Below the pieces are notes generated by a model. That model saw only the letters and a list, made by a program, of their open reading frames with translations, ran no database searches and was not told where the DNA came from. DNA of 64,000 nucleotides, from positions 194,677 through 258,676 of the forward strand of contig CAVXSS010000001.1 in the NCBI GenBank assembly GCA_963764515.1, in the 5' to 3' direction. The DNA comes from an uncultured Chloroflexia bacterium. Lineage in GTDB: Bacteria; Chloroflexota; Limnocylindria; Limnocylindrales; CSP1-4. How positions within the stretch are numbered: position 1 is the first letter of the stretch; every line of letters begins with the position of its first letter. Of this stretch, positions 54,950 through 64,000 are shown one piece after another. The translations under genes were made by a program, and so were the position numbers.

Positions 54950-57700
54950 GGGTGACCTGACAACCGGAGATCGTCCTCCCATCGAAGGGACACGCTAGTC
55001 GGAGACCCTGCGGTCAAGGGCACAACGACTTCCAGATTGGAACGGTCGGTCGTGAGATCGAGAGTGCCGATCGGATCGATCTCTTGTGTGCGTTCGTACG
55101 GTTCGCAGGGCTTCGGCTGATCCGACCGCAGGTACAAGATTTCCTCCTCCGTGCTGACCAAATCCGGCCAACGCAGCGACCGGCCTAAGGAGCGCCGAGC
55201 CCTCGACGACCCTCAGGCCATGGAACCAAGGTCAGGACCCGTAAGACTCGCAAACACGACTGTACGCGGAGGCCTGGCTCTTTCATCGCGATTCCGGCTA
55301 CCACACCGCATATGTCGGGTCATCGAACCTCACCCATTCGGCCCTGCTAGACGGCCTCGAATGGAACATTCGCAACGGCCATCGACGACGCGTCGCGTCA
55401 TCGCATCCGCGACTTCGAGCAGTACTGGAATGAACCGGAATTCGAGTCATACGACCCTCGTGTCGACGGAGAGCGCCTGGAGCAGGCCCTCAACCAGCAG
55501 AAGGGCATGACGCTCGCACCCGAGGCGTTCAACATCTCAATCGAGTTTGGGCCCAAGCCGTTTCAGCAAGAAATGCTCGAGGCGCTCGCGGCCGAGCGAC
55601 AGCGTGGCCACATGCGAAACCTCGTTGTCGCGCCAACTGGAACCGGGAAGACCTGGGTATCCGCCTTCGACTACAAGCGCCTGCGGAGCGAGGGATTGGA
55701 CCGCCTGCTCTTCGTGGCTCACAGAGACGAGATCCTGCAGCAGAGCCAACAGGTCTTCAGGTATGTCCTCGACGACATGTCATTCGGCGAACGTCACGTG
55801 GGAGTCGAACGACCGGCAATCGGCGATCATGTCTTCGCTTCGATTCAGTCGTCATCGACCTCATACGCCCGAGGTCGGTACGACCTCGTAGTCATCGATG
55901 AGTTCATCACGCCGAGTTGACCAGACGTGCCCGAATCTCCAGGATCTGTCGACCACAGGTCTTGCTAACTAGGCGACCCCGGATACGCGCCGGATGACAG
56001 CACATTCGTTGACGGTTCGACAACCGGATCGCTTGCGACATGCGACTGTGGCAGGCGCTGGATCAGGGCCTGCTCTCGCCGTTCCACTATTTCGGCGTTC
56101 ACGACGGTACCGATCTACGCGGCGTTGCTTTCGAGCGTGGGCGGTACGCCCCCGGCGAGCTCGAGGGCATCTCACCGGAGACCAGTCCGCGCTCGTCGAA
56201 GTCTCGATTCCGCCCAGGAATGGGTGCTGGACGGAACGAAGATTCGGGAACTCGGGTTGTGCGCCGGGGTCGCGCACGCCCAATTCATGGCCGACCAATT
56301 CAACCAAGCGGGCTTGCCTGCAGTCGCGCTGCATGGTGGTTCGCCTCGTGACGTCCGCGTCAATGCCGTTAGGCAGCTTCGAAGAGGCGAACTGCGAGCC
56401 ATCTTCACGGTCGACATCTTCAACGAAGGTATCGACATCCCGGAGGTCGATACGATCCTCCTACTCCGACCCACGGAGAGCGCGACCATATTTCTTCAGC
56501 AGCTAGGCCGGGGTCTGCGCTGGGCCGAAGGCAAGACCGTGCTGACGGTCCTCGACTTCATCGGTCAGTCCAACGCCAAGTATCGGTTTGATCTCCGGTA
56601 CCGCGCGATCATGGGCGGGACCCGCCAGCAGCTGCGACGAATGATCGAAAGTGGCCTCCCACAGGGGCCGCCCGGTTCCGCGGTGCGATTAGACGTGATC
56701 GCCCAGGAAATCGTCCTCGAGAACGTCCGGAGCAGCCTGCGACTCAGTCGGCGGGAGCTTGTCGACGATCTGCGTGGGATGCCTGCTAACACGACGCTGG
56801 GCGAGTTCCTGGCAGCAAGCGAACACGAACTCAGTGACGTCTACTCGAGCCCAGGCCAGACCTTCATGTCGCTGCGACGGGCTGCCGGGCATGTCCGCGG
56901 ACCCGCCGATCCAATGGAACAGGACGGGTCGAAGGCGTTGGCGCGGATCCTCCATGTGGACGACGAGGAGCGATACGCGCATTGGACGCGATTCCTCAAC
57001 GGTGGTCCGATTGATACGGACATTGCCAGCCGCGAAGGGCGCCTCAACCTGATGCTCTTCGCCGCGTTGGGACATTGGAAACGGCCCGTGACTGATCTCG
57101 CGACCACCTTGGACGCGTTCCGCGAGAATCCGGCCCTCCGGGATGAGCTCGGCCAGCTGTAGAGGTCTGCGGGACCTAACCGCTCGGAGACTCGCCCGGT
57201 CAAGCGCCTCGGGGCCGGTTCCGTTGCACAGCCACGCTACGTATGGCCTTTACGAGTTGATCGCTGGTTACGGCATGATCAGCAAGGAGCGGCTCCGAGC
57301 GAATCGTGAGGGATTGGCCTGGGTCCCGGAACAGCAGACTGACCTGTTCTTCGTGACCCTGAACAAGTCGGATGACGACTACTCGCCAACGACCAGGTAT
57401 CAGGACTATCCGATCTCCCCAACTTGATCCAGTCGAGGCGGACACGGCGTCGTCGCCCACTGGTCGGCGCTACATCAATCATGTCGCACTTGGGTCGAAG
57501 ATCGTCCTCTGCGTTCGCGAGAACCGGAAAGATGGGCGTGGTGAGTCGGCGCCCTACGTCTGTCTCGGACCCGCCAGATTGGTTCGACACGAGTCGGAGA
57601 AGCCGATTAGATCGTTTGGGAACTCGAACGGCCAATGCCAATCGAGATGTTCCAGTCAGCGAAGGTGGCCGCCGGCTGAGCTCGGCAAGTGTACCAGGCC
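54950..57700 (+). pseudogene. Decayed gene for a PLD-like nuclease / SF2 helicase / DUF3427 protein, broken by multiple frameshifts and stops
   Basis: Pieces lie in three frames. PLD/HKD fragment: IDLLCAFVRFAGLR ... AWLFHRDSGYHTAYVGSSNLTHSALLDGLEWNIRN. Helicase motif I: NLVVAPTGTGKTW, then DEF at 55900. Motifs V-VI: TVDIFNEGIDIPEVDTILLLRPTESATIFLQQLGRGLR. DUF3427-like tail: YSPTTRYQDYPISPT / RRYINHVALGSKIVLCVRE...PYVCLGPARLVRHE. Confidence 0.65.
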
Positions 57701-57951
57701 AAGTCGAGGTTCGGGTAGCGAGCGGCGAGTTCGTCGAGGGTGAACGAGGCAACGCCGAGGCGGGCTTCGGTTCCGTCCAGATCGGTGATGACGGCGTCCA
57801 CCAACAGCTCGGCATCCCCAGGTCGAAGTTCTATGTTTTCGAGGACGAGCTTCACGATCTGCGGCAGGGTCTGGGCGACCTCGTCGCGGAGTTCCCGGCC
57901 GTACGCTCGAATGACGATGTTCAGTGCCCAGCGACGACTGGCTGATCCCAT
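57607..57951 (-). CDS. Hypothetical protein (114 aa)
   Basis: Protein-like ORF (LPQIVKLVLENIELRPGDAELLVDAVITDLDGTEARL) at the right edge of the lower-GC island. No family recognised. Confidence 0.3.
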   Translation of the reverse strand: MGSASRRWALNIVIRAYGRELRDEVAQTLPQIVKLVLENIELRPGDAELLVDAVITDLDGTEARLGVASFTLDELAARYPNLDLAWYTCRAQPAATFADWNISIGIGRSSSQTI

Positions 57952-58025
57952 GCCGTGACACTACCGGGATCGCTGGAGATCGTCGATCGGGCAAATCGCA
58001 CCAGAGTGCCCGTCCCCGAGCCTGC

Positions 58026-59270
58026 TCAGAACATCGTCGAGTTCCAGGGGGCCAACGCCGTCGTGAACAACGCGTCGGCGGCGGCTAACCCTCCCGGGTG
58101 ACACTCCCGCACTCGGCCCGCGGCGGCAAGCTGGGCAAAGCTGAACGCCCCGAGGTACACCGCCGCCAGGTCGCGGATGTCCATCGAGAGGTCCGGCGCG
58201 GCGCGGGCGCCGGTGACCTTGGCCGGGCTGTCGGCCTCCTTGACCGTCAGCCGCCACGTGCCGGCGTTCCAGGGGCAGAAGTCGTCGGTCACCTCGAAGA
58301 CCGGGCTGCCGGGGCCACGGTATGACCGGCCCTCGAGGGCGGCCGGCAACTCGATGATCCGCAGCCACATCGCGTCGCTCACGGTCGCGGCGAGGCGGCG
58401 CGGCTCGGTGATCATGAGTTGCAAGGGGTGGGGCGTCGGGCCGCGCCAGGTCCGGACGATGCCGACGAGGTCGATGCTGAAGACCCACTGCCAGAGCGCC
58501 TGCTCCGACGCGGCGTCGACGCCGATCAGCTCAAAGACCGTCACGATGCTCTTCGGTCCGCGGCTGTCCCAGTCCGCGTTGATCCGGTAGATGACGTACG
58601 CCCGCGCCTCGCCATCGACCTCCAGCAGCGCCCGCACCTTGGGCCCGTTGCCGCGGCGCATCCAGTCGGCGTCGTGGACGAGCTGGTAGCGCCACTTCGC
58701 GTCGGTGCGCGTCAGCGATCCGGCGATCGTCGTGCGGCGCGCCTCGAAGATCGGCGGGAATCGATCGGCCGCTTCGTCGCGATCGACGATCCGGACCCGC
58801 CCCTTCGACTCCACCGGTCGCGCGAACACGATCTTGTCCGTCGGCGCCTCGATCTCGGTCTGGAGGGTCGCGGGCCCGTACCCGAACCGCTGGTAGATCG
58901 CTGCCTCGGACGCCCACAGGATCGCGACCGGCTCACCGCGCTCGCGCGCCTGCTCGAAGAGGCGGGTCATCATCAGGCGCAGGATGCCGCGACGGCGATG
59001 CGTGGGCATGACCCCGACCTGGGTGATCCCGGCCGCCCCGACCTCGCCGCCCGGTGTCGTCATCCGGAACGTGAAGGCACCCGCCATGCCGACGGGCGCG
59101 TCGCCGTCGAAGGCGCCGAACAGCCGATCGAGCTCGGTGACCTGGCGCTCGTTCTCGATCTCCGGCGCCGTGTACTCCTCGCCGAAGGCGATCGCGAGCG
59201 GCGCGAGGAAGGTCGGCAGGTTCTCTTCGGTCGGGGTCCGAAGGGTGATCCCGGTGAGGTCGTCTGGCAC
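58026..59270 (-). CDS. eis: Eis-like GNAT family N-acetyltransferase (GNAT + SCP2-like C-terminal domain)
   Basis: GVMPTHRRRGILRLMMTRLFE parallels the Eis acetyl-CoA-binding PTHRRRG block. ~415 aa. The GTG at 59270 has an AGGA 10 nt upstream. The track ORF starts at 59354. Confidence 0.7.
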   Translation of the reverse strand: MPDDLTGITLRTPTEENLPTFLAPLAIAFGEEYTAPEIENERQVTELDRLFGAFDGDAPVGMAGAFTFRMTTPGGEVGAAGITQVGVMPTHRRRGILRLMMTRLFEQARERGEPVAILWASEAAIYQRFGYGPATLQTEIEAPTDKIVFARPVESKGRVRIVDRDEAADRFPPIFEARRTTIAGSLTRTDAKWRYQLVHDADWMRRGNGPKVRALLEVDGEARAYVIYRINADWDSRGPKSIVTVFELIGVDAASEQALWQWVFSIDLVGIVRTWRGPTPHPLQLMITEPRRLAATVSDAMWLRIIELPAALEGRSYRGPGSPVFEVTDDFCPWNAGTWRLTVKEADSPAKVTGARAAPDLSMDIRDLAAVYLGAFSFAQLAAAGRVRECHPGGLAAADALFTTALAPWNSTMF

Positions 59271-59465
59271 GTGCGCATCCTGCCACGCCGATGAGCCGGT
59301 GGTAAGGGGCGTCTGCTTGACTGCGTTCGTGGCTCGCGCAGCTGTCAGTTGCACGTTCGGGATGAACGCCTCGTGGACCGTTTCCCAGACTGCAGATCCT
59401 GCAGGATTCGGCTTGGGTTCACGCTCGTTCGTTCGGGATGTGCATCTGGGAGAGGCGGGTCCCGG

Positions 59466-59538
59466 ATCGGGGAGCTGGCTGAGCCCCGGGGAGCTGGCTC
59501 AGATCGGGGAGCTGGCTCAGACGGGTGGGAGCTCCTGC
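59466..59538. repeat. Tandem ~18-19-bp repeat (3 full copies + 1 degenerate copy)
   Basis: CGGGGAGCTGGCTGAGCC / CCGGGGAGCTGGCTCAGAT / CGGGGAGCTGGCTCAGACG / GGTGGGAGCTCCTGCAGG. It overlaps the last codons and stop of ligD and extends into the eis upstream region. Confidence 0.6.
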
Positions 59539-62270
59539 AGGTCGGTCTGGGCCGCAGCGAACAGGTCGCCGCCCTCCGCCACGCGATCGAGGATGGTCCG
59601 GATCGTCCAGCGGTCCGGGCGAAGGTCAGCGTCGTCCAGCTCGTCCCAGGCGATCGGGGCGGACACCGGCGCGCCTGCGGCCGGTCGCACGGCATACGGC
59701 GCGACGAGCGTCTTGATGCTCGCGTTCTGCGTGTAGTCGAGGCGGGCGCGGCCCTTGCGGGCCTCCTTGGCCCACTCCCAGGAGACGAGTTCGGGCACCG
59801 TCGAGCCGACGGCGCGACTGACCCGCTCGACCCAAGCGCTCGTCTCATCGAACCCGTACTTCGGCTCGATCGGGATCCAGACCTGGATGCCGCGCTTGCC
59901 GGTCGTCTTGGGATAGCCACGGACGCCGAGGTGCCCCAGGGCCGTCCGGTAGAGGCGGGCCAGCACGAGCGTCTCGTCCCAGGTGGTCCGCTCCCCGGGG
60001 TCGATGTCGATGTACGCGAACGTGGGTCGCCAGGGGTCCGGGAGGCGGCCGGTCCAGGCATGGATCTCGAAGCTCGCCTGGTTCCCGAGCCAGGCGAGGG
60101 CCGCGGCCCGGTCCGCAAGAAGGTGGTCGTTGGCGTCGCGGCCACTGCGGCCGTCGACACCGGTCTCGTGCCAGCGGGTAAGCCACTTCGGGGCGGTCCC
60201 GGGGATGTCCTTCTGCCAGAAGCCGGGCGCGCCCGCGCCGTTGGGGAATCGCTGGAGGTTGAGCGGCCGGCCGTCGAGGTGGCGCAGCATCGCCGGGGCG
60301 ATCCGCGCGAAATAGCCGATGAGCTCCCGCTTGGTGATCGGGCCGCCGCCGTCCGGCTCACGCGCCTCGAACAGCGGCTTGTCGAGGTTGGTCAGCTTCA
60401 GCTCGTCGCCACCGGCCTTCCAGACCCCTTCCTTGCCGAGCGCCGCGAGGGCCGTGAGCTCGCCATCGGTGACGCGCCAGGACGCCGGGGCGTCGGCGGG
60501 GTCGGCGCCCGGGTCGGCGCCGGTTGTGGCCGTCGATCGCCCGGCCGATGTCGATGCCTTGGCCATGCGCGAATCCTGCCTCGGTTCTGTCGTTTCGGGC
60601 GCCGCGGCCTCGGCGGCACGGACCGCGGTGGTCGTGGCGACCGCGGTCTCGCGCACGACGGCGGTCGGGTCGCGGTCGGGCTCGATCCCCTTGAACGCGG
60701 ACTGGCGAACCATGTTGTCGCGGGACCAGCCGCCCAACTCGGCCCGGATGACCAGCTCCGGCCGGACCCAGGTGATGTTCGCGAGGTCGCCGCCCCAGCG
60801 GCCGCGGTAGTCCTTGGGCGGCGCCGGATCGAACGGCGGCTCGTCGGTCGCGAGCGGTCGCATCCGCGCCAGCAGGTCCTTGCGGATGGCGCCCGTGAAT
60901 CCCGAGCCGACCTTGCCGCTGAAGCGCAGCTTGCCGTCCTCGTAGACCCCGACCGCGAGCGCCCCGAGGTCGCGCGCATTCCCCTCCCCCGGCGTCCAGC
61001 CACCGACCACGAGCTCCTGCTCGGGGCGGATCTTGAGCTTCAGCCAGGCGTTGGTCCGCCGCCCCGGCTCGTACCGCGACCGGCGGAGCTTGGCGATGAC
61101 GCCTTCGACCTGGTTCGCCTTGGCGGCCTCGTAGAAGGCGAGGCCTTCACCCTCGATGTGCGTCGCGAACCGGACCCGCGGGTGCTCCTTGAGCACGCTC
61201 CGAAGCAGGCGCTTGCGATCCTCGAGTGGCACGTCGAGCAGGGACCGACCGTCGAGGTACAGCAGGTCGAAGACCTGGTAGACGAGCCCCGAGGCCGTCT
61301 TCGCCCCGAGCTTGGTCTGGAGCAGCGAGAAGTCGGGCCGGCCGTCCTCGTCGAGCGCGACGACCTCGCCATCGACGATCGCCTGGCGCGCCTCGATCCA
61401 CGACGGCGGGGTCAGGAGCCTCGGGAAGTAGGTCTCGGCGTCGTTGAGGTTGCGCGTCCAGATGCGGACCTTGCCATCGGCGACGACCGCCTGGACGCGA
61501 TAGCCGTCCCACTTGATCTCGTAGAGCCAGTCGGGGTCGCTGAAGGGCTTCGAGGCCAGGGTCGCGAGCATCGGTTCGATGTGCGCTGGCATCGGGGCCG
61601 CGACGGCGCCGGCGAGGTCGATCTCCGCGCTGGCCGCCGGCGCCTGGCCGTTCCAGAGGGCATCTCGGTCGGCCTTGACGTCGTCGTTGGTGCGGCCGGT
61701 CTTGACGCTCTGCGGGTGGTCCTCCGCGTCCCAACCGGTCTGCGCGGCCTCGTCGCGCTTGTGGATGAGCAGCCACTGGTCGCCCTCGTCGTCCTCGAAC
61801 GCCTTGGTCGGCGCGGTGCCGGGACGGCGACTGGTCCGGACGATCGTGAAGCGGCCTTTCAGCTTCTGGCCGTTGAGCACGAACTTGAGCTCGCCGTTGG
61901 GGATGGCGGTCGTCGCGTCGGTGGTCGGGGCCTCCGCCTCCCACGTTCCCCAGTCCCAGACGATGACGTCGCCCGCGCCGTACTGCCTGGCCGGGATGAC
62001 GCCCTCGAAATCGAAGTACTCGATGGGGTGGTCCTCGACGTGGACCGCCATCCGCCGGACGGCCGGGTCAAGGGTGGGTCCCTTCGGGACGGCCCAGCTC
62101 GCGAGCACGCCGCCGACCTCGAGGCGGAAGTCGTAGTGGAGGCGGGTGGCACGATGCCGCTGGACCACGAAGCGGCCACGGCTCCGGCCGATCTCGGCGT
62201 TCGGCGCTCCCGGGGCCGGCTCCGGGGTCTTGGTGAAGTCGCGCTTACGGAGGTATTCCTCGAGGGGCAT
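59517..62270 (-). CDS. ligD: Multidomain ATP-dependent DNA ligase D (phosphoesterase - ligase - polymerase/primase order)
   Basis: PE domain (FVVQRHRATRLHYDFRLE), ligase (YEIKWDGYRVQ, KxDG adenylation motif) and a C-terminal LigD-Pol domain (KRGIQVWIPIEP). ATG at 62270. The track ORF has a 104-aa non-protein-like extension. Confidence 0.9.
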   Translation of the reverse strand: MPLEEYLRKRDFTKTPEPAPGAPNAEIGRSRGRFVVQRHRATRLHYDFRLEVGGVLASWAVPKGPTLDPAVRRMAVHVEDHPIEYFDFEGVIPARQYGAGDVIVWDWGTWEAEAPTTDATTAIPNGELKFVLNGQKLKGRFTIVRTSRRPGTAPTKAFEDDEGDQWLLIHKRDEAAQTGWDAEDHPQSVKTGRTNDDVKADRDALWNGQAPAASAEIDLAGAVAAPMPAHIEPMLATLASKPFSDPDWLYEIKWDGYRVQAVVADGKVRIWTRNLNDAETYFPRLLTPPSWIEARQAIVDGEVVALDEDGRPDFSLLQTKLGAKTASGLVYQVFDLLYLDGRSLLDVPLEDRKRLLRSVLKEHPRVRFATHIEGEGLAFYEAAKANQVEGVIAKLRRSRYEPGRRTNAWLKLKIRPEQELVVGGWTPGEGNARDLGALAVGVYEDGKLRFSGKVGSGFTGAIRKDLLARMRPLATDEPPFDPAPPKDYRGRWGGDLANITWVRPELVIRAELGGWSRDNMVRQSAFKGIEPDRDPTAVVRETAVATTTAVRAAEAAAPETTEPRQDSRMAKASTSAGRSTATTGADPGADPADAPASWRVTDGELTALAALGKEGVWKAGGDELKLTNLDKPLFEAREPDGGGPITKRELIGYFARIAPAMLRHLDGRPLNLQRFPNGAGAPGFWQKDIPGTAPKWLTRWHETGVDGRSGRDANDHLLADRAAALAWLGNQASFEIHAWTGRLPDPWRPTFAYIDIDPGERTTWDETLVLARLYRTALGHLGVRGYPKTTGKRGIQVWIPIEPKYGFDETSAWVERVSRAVGSTVPELVSWEWAKEARKGRARLDYTQNASIKTLVAPYAVRPAAGAPVSAPIAWDELDDADLRPDRWTIRTILDRVAEGGDLFAAAQTDLQELPPV

Positions 62271-62520
62271 GGCGTGGAGTGTGCCCGAAGACGGGACCGC
62301 CGGTGCGAGACCCGGCTCTTGCTCTGGGTGCAAGTAACAGCGGCCGTGAGCCCTCAATGGGCCACGTTCTGCTCCATGAGGTCTGGGTGAGCCCTCGTGC
62401 GAGTGACCAGCGGCGGCAACTCCTGCGTCGGGGACACGAATCCGGGCGGTTCGGGGTCCGGAGTGGGCTCGGGCAGCTGGTACTTGCTGTGCAGGCAAGG
62501 CGTCAGGGCGAGACAGGCCG

Positions 62521-64000
62521 TCAGGCCGGGTGGTCGCCTTCCCTGGTCGGTTTCGGCTGGAGGTGCTGCCAGAGACCGGCACTGACCAAGAGCAGCAACC
62601 CGAGCGCGATCAGCGATACGACACGGTACGCGACGTCGAGCGCGGACAGGTCGAATAGGAACACCTTGGCCGTGGCGAGCGCCAGCAGCCCCAGCCCTGC
62701 CTGGCGAAGGCTCGCGTATCGGAGCCGCAATCCGGCCACGAACCCGATGACGCCGAGGACCGCCCAGAGGACGCTGAGCGCCACCTGGCCCCACGTTCGC
62801 AGCTCGTTGAGCGAGACGGTGCCGCCGACCTGGCTCGCGACGGCGTCGACCAGGCCAACCGACAGCAGGTAGACGAGCGTCACCCCGGCCGCCAGCCATG
62901 TCCATCGAGCCCACGGCAAGTCCTTCGCGGACCACGCGATGGCCGCCAGTCCGAGGCCGATCCCCCCAAGCGCCGCGGCCGACTGGAGGGCGACTAGCGG
63001 TGCGACGCCGTCTTCACCGACGACGAGGCGTGTCGGCGGCGCGACGAGGGCGATCGCCACCGCCACGGCGCCTGCGATGAAGACCAGATTCGAGGCGAGG
63101 AATGTCAGCCGTCCCTCGCCATCGACACGTGTCAGAAGCGTCAGCCCGGCACCGATCGCCACCCACAGGATCGTGACCAGCCAGGGGTCGACTTCGAACG
63201 CGATCGCGTACGCCATCACGACGGCGGCCGCGATGACCGAAGCCCGGCGCACGAGGGCGTCACCGTGGAGGAGGCCGGCAAGAACAACAGCCACGGCCAG
63301 GGTGATCGCCGCGATGCCCGCCGGGTCGGCGAACGGGATCCCGGTCGGTGCCGACGCGAACGGCCTGCCGTACACCCCCTCGACGAGGACACCGGCCGCG
63401 AGCGCACCGACGAGTAGCGAGGCGACGAACAGCAGCTCATCGACCCACGGTCGCCAGGGTCCGATCTCCTTGAACTCGATCGGGATCAGACCGTCGACCT
63501 GCCACGGGATCTCGGCCGACGGGAGCCTCGGGAGGAGCCGCCGGACGCCGACCCCGACGACCATCAGGAGCGAGAGGGCCACGACGAGCTGGGGATCGTC
63601 CAACCTCGTCGCGGCACAGATGGCCGCGATGACGACGCCGAACGCCGAGAGCGCGGATCGAAGGCTCCGGTCGCGGACGAACCAGACCCCGGCGGCGACC
63701 CCGAGCAGGAAGAACCCGAGTGCCGCACCCGGCCCGTCGACGAACGGCAGCCCCTCGACCTGGATGCGCGCGGGCAGGTAGAGGTCGATGAGCGCCGCGC
63801 CCGCGAGCCCGTAGAGCACCGCCGATGCCAGCGCGCTGTAGGGGTGACCGCGGCGCGCCGCGAGCCAGGCCAGAGCGGCGCCCTCGGCGGTCCACGCAAC
63901 GGGCACCAGCGGGGCACCCAGCTGCGCCGGAGCCGCCATCGTCAGGGCCGCGATCCCGGTCCCGATCGTGAGCAGGCCGAAGAGGTTGCGCTCGCCGTCG
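62521..64000 (-). CDS. DUF2339-like large polytopic membrane protein, partial (continues past the window end)
   Basis: Continuous TM-rich reading frame with no stop up to position 64000. Confidence 0.5.
   Translation of the reverse strand, partial: DGERNLFGLLTIGTGIAALTMAAPAQLGAPLVPVAWTAEGAALAWLAARRGHPYSALASAVLYGLAGAALIDLYLPARIQVEGLPFVDGPGAALGFFLLGVAAGVWFVRDRSLRSALSAFGVVIAAICAATRLDDPQLVVALSLLMVVGVGVRRLLPRLPSAEIPWQVDGLIPIEFKEIGPWRPWVDELLFVASLLVGALAAGVLVEGVYGRPFASAPTGIPFADPAGIAAITLAVAVVLAGLLHGDALVRRASVIAAAVVMAYAIAFEVDPWLVTILWVAIGAGLTLLTRVDGEGRLTFLASNLVFIAGAVAVAIALVAPPTRLVVGEDGVAPLVALQSAAALGGIGLGLAAIAWSAKDLPWARWTWLAAGVTLVYLLSVGLVDAVASQVGGTVSLNELRTWGQVALSVLWAVLGVIGFVAGLRLRYASLRQAGLGLLALATAKVFLFDLSALDVAYRVVSLIALGLLLLVSAGLWQHLQPKPTREGDHPA

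Larger units (their letters stand above)
52829..58000. other. Lower-GC (~58-62% vs ~70%) putative horizontally acquired island
   Basis: Local composition drops across vapBC, the putative Cys peptidase, the helicase pseudogene and the 57.6-kb ORF. An AT-rich spacer sits at 53697-53963. No integrase or tRNA was seen. Confidence 0.4.

Noticed and set aside
59466-59538. CRISPR array
   Set aside because: Only ~3.5 short tandem copies with no intervening unique spacers, so this is a simple tandem repeat.
62271-62520. Small ORFs (e.g. 62397..62585) in the ligD upstream region
   Set aside because: No RBS and a non-protein-like composition. The region is more likely the ligD promoter region.
1-64000. 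tRNA/rRNA genes
   Set aside because: No intergenic segment shows the T-arm GGTTCGAATCC-type box or rRNA-like conservation. All sizeable gaps were inspected.

Overview
This 64-kb window is high-GC (~70%), reads as an Actinomycetota chromosome, and is densely coding, with about 58 genes and frequent ATGA/GTGA start/stop overlaps. Opposite-strand ORFs in the supplied track are mostly Arg/Pro/Gly-rich artefacts of the GC content.

The core content is housekeeping. It includes a CoA/pantothenate supercluster (coaX-coaBC-panB-panC), glutamate dehydrogenase, a DegV protein, an MFS-GGT operon, azlCD, a ridA-M20 peptidase operon and lhr-nei with a small downstream ORF. It also carries tatA, mug, an SPFH protein, a VanY-like peptidase, a padR-ABC exporter operon, a NUDIX-MBL fusion, a YyaL thioredoxin-domain protein, DUF72, an Eis-like GNAT, ligD and an ECF sigma/anti-sigma pair.

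The most unusual locus is a cyanophycin region (cphB-cphA operon) with a second, oppositely oriented CphA-like paralogue that has the N-domain and the Mur-ligase M-domain but no ATP-grasp G-domain.

Other notable items:
- a histone-deacetylase-family protein with a C-terminal GNAT-like extension;
- a secreted caspase-fold (His/Cys dyad) protein, followed by a translationally coupled EAL-domain remnant;
- a roughly 5-kb lower-GC island (~52.8-58.0 kb) carrying vapBC, a putative papain-fold Cys peptidase and a frameshifted PLD-nuclease/SF2-helicase/DUF3427 pseudogene;
- a perfect 13-bp inverted repeat abutting the padR start;
- an 18-bp tandem repeat array at the 3' end of ligD.

No rRNA, tRNA or CRISPR was recognised.
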